64,000 nt of DNA, taken from Eledone cirrhosa (lineage: Eukaryota). The DNA is taken from assembly GCA_964016885.1 (NCBI GenBank), contig OZ024742.1, positions 233,368,001 through 233,432,000 of the forward strand, given 5' to 3'. Made by a program: the position numbers and the translations under genes. The first letter of the stretch is position 1. Each line of letters starts with the position of its first letter. Below, in pieces: positions 37,701 to 47,627 of this stretch. The notes under the pieces are model-generated. The model had not been told where the DNA came from. It saw only the letters and a list, made by a program, of their open reading frames with translations, and searched no databases.

Positions 37701-39036
37701 CATAATTGTAACTTCAATATAGACTTCACTCTTATTTCTAGCATTTCGAGTGACCCATGCATTTTTTATTTATTTTTTTTTAGATTTGGGGGATTGAGAC
37801 TGAGATGTGACGTTTTTAGTCCTCTCAGGACATTAATAATATAAGGTTAAATTATTATATTAAAACAGACCACGATACAGTTCTTTATTTTTTCGATTAG
37901 GAGACAGTGGGAGAGAGGGAAGGAAAGAAAGAGAGAGTGGGGAAGAGGAAAAGAGAGGGAGAAAGAGGAAGAGAGACGGATAAAGACAGAGAAGGGATAT
38001 TTTCTTCGCCTTCTATACACAACTGCTGCTACTATTATTGTGTACTGCTGCTTCTATTTCAAGCGCTATTGCTCCTGCTGCTGCTGCTTCATCAGCAGTC
38101 AGCCATCTTTTTACGTAAATGATGCTGACTAAGTCGTGTGCATTGCCAGATTTAACACTATCTGAATTAAACTGTTTTCGATAACCATTTAGAAAGGAAT
38201 AAACGCCGCAACATCCCATTTTCACAACCCGCACCGCTTTACATCTGAGACTCCATACCTATATAAAAAAAAGCAACCTCTATTCAAATGATTAAATACG
38301 ATCTGTTCAAATAATAGTCCATGTTCCTAGCACTACTTCTTAACGACTGTTACTAATCTATTATTGCTTCTGTTGCCTCACTCTTCATGCTTCTTTCACC
38401 TTCTGATAAAAACCATTGCCGCCCACCTGCAGCTGACACGTGTTTCGCAAGTGGGGTTGGGTGGAGGAAAACTTTACCTTTGCCGGTCTTTCCGGCTTAG
38501 ATTACACACAGTCAAGAGTAAGAGAGGAGCGACGGAGAAAGGCAACAGCGACACCTCCAATCTAAGGCAGTTTCTAATCACCAGTTTAGTTGTTAGTCGA
38601 ACTAAAGCACATTCATTAACTTCATTTCTTACTCTTTCTATATCAGTCTTCCTCTCTTTCCATCTATATCTCATTTCTGTCCATTGTCTTTATTTCGGAT
38701 TCCCACTCCATCTATCTCTATCGTTGCTAAAGTGAATACTCTCCTTTCTGGATCTGAATCATCTGCACATACATATTCTGTTACTGTACAGTTCAACATT
38801 TCCGTTTTCCCCTATCTGCAACTAAGTCAATTATTTTCCATTCAAACTGCTAAACATTCTATCACTAATTTTTCTTTAGCATCCAATTCCCCAGTAATTA
38901 TCTCCAAACAAATGCTACCACCGAAGCCACTATTACAAATGTAGTTATTACCTCTATTTCTGCTTCCTACTTTTAAAAAACCCAAAACTTAGCTTTCTGT
39001 TTTGCATCCAACAAACATCTCTCTCCCCCCACTCTC

Positions 39037-39119
39037 TCTATATATATACATATACATACATACACACGCACATATATAGACATCATACATACATACACAC
39101 ATGCGTGTGTATATATATA

Positions 39120-39193
<74 letters not shown>

Positions 39194-39233
39194 CATATAT
39201 ATATACATACATATATATATACATATATATACA

Positions 39234-39326
<93 letters not shown>

Positions 39327-39335
39327 TATATACAT
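39037..39335. repeat. (TA)n-rich microsatellite
   Basis: Direct reading. Confidence 0.96.
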
Positions 39336-39354
39336 GTGTGTGCGTGTGTATGTA

Positions 39355-39560
39355 TTGAAATAGAAATAAAGTTTCCGCGGCATATTTTTTACTATAATAT
39401 CGTCTAATAATGGGGCGTATAAACCCACTGAACAAGAAAAGTTGGGTACCAACACATATCTGTCATGAAACCCATCTTTGTCCAGTGAGTTTTTACGCCC
39501 CATTATTAGATTGTATTATAGTTTAAAATATTACGGCGAAAGATTCTATTTCTATTTCAA
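39355..39560. repeat. Inverted repeat, ~80-bp arms
   Basis: TTGAAATAGAAATA..TCTAATAATGGGGCGTA.AAAC.CACTG versus CAGTGAGTTTTTACGCCCCATTATTAGA..TATTTCTATTTCAA. Confidence 0.88.
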
Positions 39561-39710
39561 AATTAAACTTCGTTCGTCGCGTTCCAAACATACTTCCATA
39601 TATATATATATACATATATGTATGTAAAAGGTAAACAGAAATAACAACACAATCGGCACAGTGCATGGAAGGAATATATTAGGTTAAAGCTTGATAGAGC
39701 AGTAAGAGGG

Positions 39711-39746
39711 TCTTAACGTTTCAGACGCTAGTCCTTCATCAGAAGA
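39711..39746 (-). ncRNA. Minimal type I hammerhead ribozyme (Penelope-like pLTR type)
   Basis: Minus strand reads TCTT-CTGATGA-A-GGAC-TAGC-GTCT-GAAACGT-T-AAGA: stem I TCTT/AAGA, intact core, stem II GGAC/GTCT, palindromic ACGT helix III. Confidence 0.72.
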
Positions 39747-39901
39747 AAGAATGGGAAATAAGATAGATTGAAGGGACGGGAGGGGTGGTATTGGAAAAAA
39801 TATATTTAGATAAAAATAACAGCTCCATTCATGTTGACATCTCGATTCAGTGAATTACTGGTGGTGATACGAAAACAAGCACTCTATGCACAGGCAGAGT
39901 G

Positions 39902-40160
39902 TATATATTAAAAAAAAAGACGAAGTTTCGTTTACATGTATAAGATTTTTTATTGTGTATCGACCTGTTACGCGTGTTTCGCAACGGATTGGCTCAAAGT
40001 CACCCATAGGAGTTATGAACCTGACCTCATTATCGATCTAGTCTTCATCTATGCGTCACCTTGAATCAATCCTCTGCGAAACGAGTGTAACAGATCGATA
40101 CACAATAACAATCTTATATATGTAAACGAAACTTCCTCGTTTTTTTTTCTAATATGTATA
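39902..40160. repeat. Inverted repeat, ~100-bp arms; left arm and flank recur at ~40912-41075
   Basis: GAAGTTTCGTTTACAT.TATAAGATT..TTATTGTGTATCGA.CTGTTAC..GTTTCGCA versus its reverse complement at ~40055-40160. Confidence 0.9.
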
Positions 40161-40182
40161 TATATATATATATATATCTCCA

Positions 40183-40222
<40 letters not shown>

Positions 40223-41487
40223 TGGAGACTATTGCTCATCAATGTTACTCGGGCTTAATACAATTTTTAACAAAATTTAGTAAACGTGCTGTTTAAAATA
40301 GTATATTTAATAGAAGTATTGAAGCAGCTAAATACAATTTAACAAACGACAATTGAAGAAAGCAGTGTGCACGTGCCGGTATTACTCCATAGCTGGCCAT
40401 TGTGGGAAGTTCTATTAATTGTCTTTATCTGTAGAATCTTTTAAAATAAAGCAACTAGTCCTTGACTTGGTGGAGTGATAATTCATTCGATCCCTTTTTT
40501 AAATCTGCGGTCAGTAACCAATTTAACACTTCATTTCCAACAGCTGATTTAGATATTTTGTATATCATAAGCATAATGTCATTCCGACAACTAGGAAAGA
40601 CGTACCAAAGAAAATTGGTTTCAAAAACGTAATTGTAACTTACATCTTCGAAAATGTATCTCTACAATGCTTCATAAAAAATACGCATGGTTCACAAAAG
40701 GAGACTAAACTATAGCCATGCCACCTATAGTTTATTTACATCTGTTTAACAAACAAAAATACGAGTGTGGCGAACACTAACAAAAAAGAGTCAGGATTTC
40801 TTGCTTCCTCAATGTTCAATGCATTTCTTTAGTAAAATCATTAGAAACGCTTTTCTATACATGAATATATAGTGTAGGTAGTACGGTGAAATACTGGTGT
40901 TGGTACCAAATCAAGCACTCTATGAACAGGCAGAGTGTATATAATAGAAAAAACGAGGAAGTTTCGTTTACATATGAAAAATATTTATTGCGTATCGATC
41001 TGTTACGAGCGTTTCGCAGAAGCTTGGCTCAAGATGACCCATAGGAGTTATGGACCCGACTCCAGTATCCATATGCAATGGTACATTATACATTTAGATG
41101 CCTACACATTTATCAGGGGTATATAAATTCCTAGTACATTTTCTAATATCTTGTTTTATAATTCTTTTTATCGTTCCAGCTCGACGAGTTAATCGATGGA
41201 AATACGAGTTAGTGAAGACAACCGCCCTTAAACCATTCTCCATCTTAAGGATGATTGATTTCTGTCAAAGGTTCAGAAACCTCTTCTATTTGTGACAAAA
41301 GTTGCAGGGTGATCAGGAAAAATGGAATTATTTTTAGTTTCTGACATAACAGAGAAGAAACCGGGTTTACAAAATAACGCTAAAGTAGCATTGCTTGATT
41401 TAAAAAGTGTTTAATTTTATTTAATTTTATTTATTAACCGCTCCCCGGGCGGTTTTCTACTAGCATATATGGTATGCATATTGATAT

Positions 41488-42900
41488 ACCTTTCACTGCT
41501 TTCTGTAGTTCCTCCATAGTGAAAAGACCTTTCTGTATTTGGTGTGCCTCTGTAAAAACGGGTATTATTTCTTCTTCGATGATCTGTGGTGCTTTGCCAA
41601 GTAGGTTCTGAAAATGTTGTTGCCACAGTTTTAAACGTTCGTCTTAGCTGGAGGCTTTCAGTGTGGCTCTGTCACTACTTTTTATGCCACTAATTTCATT
41701 GACAGTTTTCCAGGCTTAGCAGACCTCTTATTGCTGACAGTACTCGAGATATGATTGATCTTTCTCTGCATGTATTCGGCTTGCTCAATTTCATACTCAC
41801 TTTTCAGTGCTATACAAGCAGCATTGAAGTTACTAATGTTTTCTGGAGATCGTTGAGTGTCTTTCAATTCTGCAGCTTTTCGCAACTCTTTGCGCTTTTG
41901 GCGTATCCTCTCTGTTTACCAGGGTTTTCGCTTTTTAACCTTGGGTTTTAAAGGGATAGTGTCGGCCGCTGCCTCTTTGAATGCCATTTGAAAGTGGTTA
42001 AATGTAGAATTTGACAATTTTGTTGGCGCAGAGTCTTGTAGGGCAGCGAATCGTTTGCTCAGTTGGGTTACAAAGGTTTTGTAAGTCTCAGGATTGGTAT
42101 TCAGAACTGCCCAGTTGTAAGGAGTAGCATTTGCAGATTTCTTTTTATCCACTCAGAGACCCAATCGTATCTTGGCCGAGACAATGCGATGATCCGAGTT
42201 AACACTAACAAATGAGTCATATGTTCTTCAGTTTTTTGCGCTATTCTTCCATTTTCGATTGATTATGATATAATCCAGTTGTGTCTTGTCGCCATTTGGA
42301 GATTTGTGTGTTCACCGCTGGCCTGGTCTATTTTGGAATATGGCGTTGAGACATCGTAAATTGTCTCACACAAGTAATCTTTTAGCATACAACGGTTTCT
42401 ATTGGTTTGTGAGTGGTATGAGAATCTGAATCCATCAAGCTGTTCAAGACACGCGTTGAAGTCTCCGCCAATGATGAGAATATTATGTTTCGGGATTTGT
42501 CTAGTGAGTGATGTTTGTTCCATGTAAAACCTCTCTACTTCGGCCATGTCACATACATTTGTTGGACTATAGCAAGAGATTACAGTGGTTTTAGGATTCC
42601 CGTTAAACGTAGCTATCATTATCCTTGATGTTATCATTTCAACACTCGCAAGTGCATCATAGGCTCGCGGGCTGAAAAGCATTCCAACTCCACCATTTGC
42701 TGCATTCATGTTGTCTTTCCAAGCTGAGCAGGTTATCAGCCTCTAATTGCCAAATATTTGCTCCTTTGTTACAAGCTCTTCATGTATGAACCGGTGCTCC
42801 TGAAGACAGATAACATCATGGTTGGTCGCCCCTGCTGAAGCAATCAGTTCAGGGATTTTATGGTCTTTCTGGAGTGTTTGAACATTGAGTGTACCAGCAA
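41488..42900 (-). pseudogene. APE endonuclease/linker half of the RTE ORF (frameshifted)
   Basis: GTLNVQTLQ, ICLQEHR, GGVGML, VISCYSPT, GGDFNA, SDHRIVSA. Confidence 0.88.
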
Positions 42901-43622
42901 AGATGTCTTTCTTTCCGTGTACAAGTCAGGTTGGTTGTTTTCTCCGTGTATGTTTCCCAGTATCTGATTTTTCGACTGCAATCTGGGAATCCGTTGCAGG
43001 ACGCGCTCCTTGTTTAACCGCGCGACGAGCGCTGCAGAATGAACATCGAAGGATTTGTGTCATATTTAGCTTTCAATAGCTGGATATACACTTGCGGTCA
43101 CTACTCCATACACGTGAAAGCAGTACTCTGTATTAGAGCGGTTGTGCCTCACCGAAACATCCAACAGTAGTTGATATGATCGCCTTGCCACTAGTAGTAT
43201 GAACCAAATTCACAGTTACTTGATCATTGCCTTATCTACTGATCCGATATCCTGCTTATCAATGTCGTCGTTTAACCCAGTCAGGATTGGTTTGACAGAT
43301 TACCTATCAAGGCCAAAGAGTTCTGTCCGCCCCGGCTTTGAAATCAGAGTGGTCCCTCTCCTAGACAGATTTCCCACCAAGGCTACCAAATATACACTAT
43401 ATACACTATATACATATTTACACAATTTTTGGATGGCCGTTGACTCTTATGAGTTCTTCCGCCCTTTGTCAGGTTTTGTTTTTGTCCTGCAGGATGTCCA
43501 AAATCACCCTCCTCACCAAGTAAACTTGATGGGGTTGCCGGTTTAGTCGCCGACGACCCGACCATGCGACAGGTTTTACTGGGTTACATGTTACCAGTAG
43601 CACTCGAGAGTGGCCTGACACA

Positions 43623-45081
43623 GGAGGAACTACAGAAAGCAGTGAAAGGTATTGGTAACGGAAAAGCGTGCGGACTCGACGAGATCCCAGCTGAAGTGTG
43701 GAAGGTACCTGAATTTCACCCAATCCTACTAGAGTTGTGTCTATAATCAAGACCCCATAGACAAATGGACGGAGGGATGTATACTCGCTTTTCCCCAAAA
43801 TGGCGATCTTGGAATGGCTAAAAACTACCGTGGCATAACACTAATGGCAATTGCCGCAAAGATATACAATGTCATGTTGCTTGACAGAATAAGACCTGTC
43901 ATTGACCCCTTGCTGAGAAAAAACCAAAATGGCTTCCGCACCAACAGATCAACATCAGGGCAAATACTTATTATTCGGCGTATCTTGGAAGGCGTAAAAG
44001 CCCAAAACCTCCCAGCAACTCTCCTGATTATTGACTTTTCAAAAGCATTCGACTCCATCCCTCGTGGGAGGATGAGAGAGATACTTCTAGCCTACGGCTT
44101 GCCAAAGGAAACAGTAAATGCCATCATGATTTTATATAAAAACACCCGCGCAATGGTGCGCTCACCTGATGGAGATACCAACTTCTTTGACATCATTGCA
44201 GGAGATACTCTTGCACCATATATGTTTATCATCTGCCTCGACTATGTATTTAGAAAAGCCCTGGACAAAAACTTAGAGCTTGGTTTCATTCTCACAAAGC
44301 GAATGTGTAAACGCCATGCAGCTCAGAAAATCACCGATGTTGACTATGCGGATGATTTAGCGGTCCTCGCTGACTACCTTAAGGATGCAACATCACTACT
44401 TCACAGCATCGAATCAGTTGCAAAGGAAATCGGACTCTATGTCAACGCAGGCAAAACAGAATATATTTGCCTGAACCAAGACTCCTCAGTTGGTATGCGA
44501 AGTCTAAACGGTGATATAATCAAGCAAGTTGATGACTTCAAATACCTGGGCAGCTATATCACCTCCACAGAACATGATGTTAACATCAGACTGGAAAAAG
44601 CCTGGGGAGCATTGAATGCAATGGAAAAGATATGGAAATCAAACCTGCCGGCCAAACTGAAAAGGGATTTCTTCAGAGCTGTTGTGAAATCTGTGCTTGT
44701 TTATGGCTCTATCACTTGAACGCTAACGTCAAAACTGGAGAAAAAGCTAGACGTATGCTCCGTGTAGCTTTAAACGTATCTTGGCGGGAACACCCAACAA
44801 ATAAGGATCTCTATGGCAATATACCACCTATCAGCAGGTCAATACGTGGACAGAGACTCAGATTTGCTGGCCACTGTTGGCGCAGCAAGGAAGAAATAGC
44901 AGGTGATGTATTGTTATGGAGTCCATCTCATGGAGCAAGAAACGCTGGTCGTCCCAAGAAGACATACGTCAAGCAACTTGAGGACGATACTGGATGCACT
45001 GTGGAAGAACTGGCAAACGCTATGAGAGACAGAGATAGATGGAGGAAACGTGTCGTAGAAAGGCGAGCAAGCTCGACCTGA
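43623..45081 (+). pseudogene. RT half of the RTE ORF (stops and frameshifts)
   Basis: GKACGLDEIPAEVWK, NYRGITL, NQNGFR, IDFSKAFDSI, GDTLAPYMF, DYADDL, FKYLGS, RLRFAGHC, GRPKKTY. Confidence 0.92.
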
Positions 45082-45496
45082 TGATGATGATGATGATATT
45101 GATATTATACGCAAATATATATGCATATAGGTATGATACGTAAATTGAAAAGTAAATTGACAATATCCACATAAATTGAACACTTTCTTCTATAATCAGT
45201 AAAGTAATCCATTTTAAAAAGACGATTATGAAGAAAGAGATTAGCGCGGAAATATAATTTCATGATATGAACGCTAACGGAAGTTGACATTTGAAAGTTT
45301 TAACAAAAGTAAATCTTGAAATAAGCAATACATTATCTATAAGATTATTTATGTTTAATCAAAGGCGAAGAAATTTAGTAGACAAATTACATAATATTCA
45401 TTCATGATTTATTCAAGGTAATCCAACTTATTTTTATAACGTGATGTAAAATAATAAACTCGACAGTCTCGCAGTTCCCCAATTATTATATATAAG

Positions 45497-45688
45497 ACGG
45501 TGGATTGGCAGTATCGGTAGAGGGTCGGGCGCCATGCTTTGAAGCATAGAGTTACCTCCCTTTATAATCTGAGTTCAAATCCCGCCGAGGTTAACTTTGC
45601 CTTTCATCCTTACGGGGTCGATAAAATAAAGTACCAGTAATGCACTGGGATAATTGCTGGCCTTGTGCCAAAAGTAGAAACAATTATA
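45497..45688 (+). mobile_element. tRNA-headed SINE, near-consensus copy
   Basis: Complete head, core and tail. Confidence 0.93.
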
Positions 45689-46694
45689 TATAAGATATAT
45701 AATTAGTTGAAACAAATCTCAAGTGGATTATTTATATAACGTTTGCAATAAAAAAAAGAAAGAAAGAAAACAGTTTAAATAGCAGGAATAAGGAAATGGG
45801 GGGAGGGGTGGGGCAACGGCAGAGGCTACACTCCAATATAGGCAGTATATCTTAGCTATTCACCGAGAACAAAATGGTGATAGCAACACCCGCTGTATCA
45901 GCCAATCCACCGTTTTGCAGAGGAAGACAGAAGTCCGGGAACGGAAGACACCAGAAGTCTCGATTGCGTCCGACACGAAAAGGAAACGGTCGGTCAAGTC
46001 ACAATATTTGAATATCTTCCTCTCTTTCATGTTACAGATGGCTGTGTCCGGATATGTGGCTGAAGCAACAGGGTTGAAAGCAGAGAACGTGTTGCAGCAC
46101 GCGGTGTTCTAAATTAGAGATTTGCCTGCCTCGAACAAAAATAGCCTACCCCGTCTTACGTTTTAAAGATATAGTCCCGATATATAGATCTGAACTCATT
46201 AACCAAGGATTTGCGCTGCAAAATTCCTATATGTTGTATAGTGAACGTATGGGTAAATACTTTCAAACATCTCCACATTAAGTAACTCAAAATAATATAA
46301 GCCCTCAACGTGACCAAGTCACGAGATTCTTATCATTTTAGGCGTATGTAGGACTACATTATCTAATGCAGTAGTTCTCAAATTTAATTTGTCGCAGAAG
46401 CTTTGTGCAATTTCCAAAAATCGTAAAACCTATCTTATGAATAACCCCACTAAATTAATTTTGATAAGCCATTAAATGAAACAAAAACATTTTTAAAGCG
46501 AATCTATTCATATAAAATACAGCGAAAATGCAAAGTCCTCCTTCACGTTGTGGCTATTGTTTCGTCTGGGATGGTTAGGTTGGCCCAGGATTTTTCGCGC
46601 TTAATTAATATCCTCTCCTGGGCCAACTGTGGCTCCTTGTTTGTAATATCCATACTAAAGATTTGTTTTTGTTTTTGCAGCCACCCCTGCGAAT

Positions 46695-47090
46695 GTGCTA
46701 CTGTTGTTCACTTTGTTATTGTTAGCATTGTTGCTGCTCTTACCGATGCTCTTGTTGTTGGTATTGTTTTTGTCACTATTGCAGTTGGTGTCTGTGTTGT
46801 TCCCGGTGCAGTAGTTGTTGTTGTTTTCATTGTTGGAGTTAGTGTTGGTTGTGTTGTTTTTGGTGCAGTTGGTGCTGTTGTTGCCGCTGTTGCCGTTGGT
46901 GTTGGTGTTGTTGTTGTCGCTGTTGCTTCTGGTCTTGTTGTTGTTATTGTTTTCAATTGTTTCCTTTTTGCTGTTGTTTTAGGTGTTGTCTTTGTTTATG
47001 TTGTTGTTGGTGGTTGTGTAGCTTATATCGCTGTTGGTGTTGTTATATTTGTTGCTGTCTTTTGTGCTGTCATAACGGTGGTGTTGGTGG
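46695..47090. repeat. Cryptic (GTT)n low-complexity tract
   Basis: Degenerate GTT/GGT/GCT triplets. Confidence 0.8.
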
Positions 47091-47339
47091 GGACGGTGCT
47101 TTTGCTCCCAACCTTTAAGCCGATGTCACACGAGAGCAGACTTCGCCATGTTTTTTTTCAGTGTAATTTTTTTAAAAAAGGCCCAAATATTGTAAAGTCT
47201 CCCCTTCACAGGGCACAAACTGGAGTCTTACGACCCCTTTGCATTAAAAGTAGCAGGTACAAATTTAGACAAACAACTACAACCCACTAACTTACGGAGA
47301 GCTCCCAAAACACACGTCCTCTCTTGCCTACGACCAGTA

Positions 47340-47617
47340 ATAATGATTGTTTCTACTTTTGGCACAAGGCCAGCAATTATCCCAGTACATTACTGGTACT
47401 TTATTTTATCGACCCTGTAAGGATGAAAGGCAAAGTTTACCTCGCCGGGATTTGAACTTAGACCGTAAAGGAGCGTAACTCTATACTGCAATGCATGGCG
47501 TCCGACCCTCTACCGATACTGCCAATTCACCGCCATTAATAATAATAATAATAATTGTTTCTACTTTTGGCACAAGGCCAGCAATTATCCCAGTGCATTT
47601 TATTTTATCGACCCCGT
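47340..47617 (-). mobile_element. One full and one partial SINE copy
   Basis: Reverse tail TTGTTTCTACTTTTGGCACAAGGCCAGCAATTATCCCAGT at 47347 and 47554. Confidence 0.9.
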
Positions 47618-47627
47618 AATAATAATG

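Larger units (their letters stand above)
41488..45095 (+). mobile_element. Full-length RTE-clade LINE with inverted 5' half; TSD ATATTGATAT
   Basis: 5' UTR and APE endonuclease on minus (41488-43622); RT and 3' end on plus (43623-45080); (TGA)n tail; TSD at 41478-41487 and 45096-45105. Confidence 0.9.

Noticed and set aside
41436-41463. Helitron 3' end (AACCGC..GCGGTT hairpin then CTAG)
   Set aside because: Followed by C rather than T and no 5' end identified; too weak to call.
43530-43622. HDV-like ribozyme at the RTE 5' end
   Set aside because: P3-like ACC/GGT and P4/CTAA-like pieces exist, but P1 and P1.1 could not be assigned; kept only as a structured-UTR finding.
46550-47290. Val-rich membrane protein (+) or Thr-rich mucin exon (-)
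   Set aside because: Degenerate (GTT)n tract; the Thr-rich frame has internal stops and no convincing splice sites.
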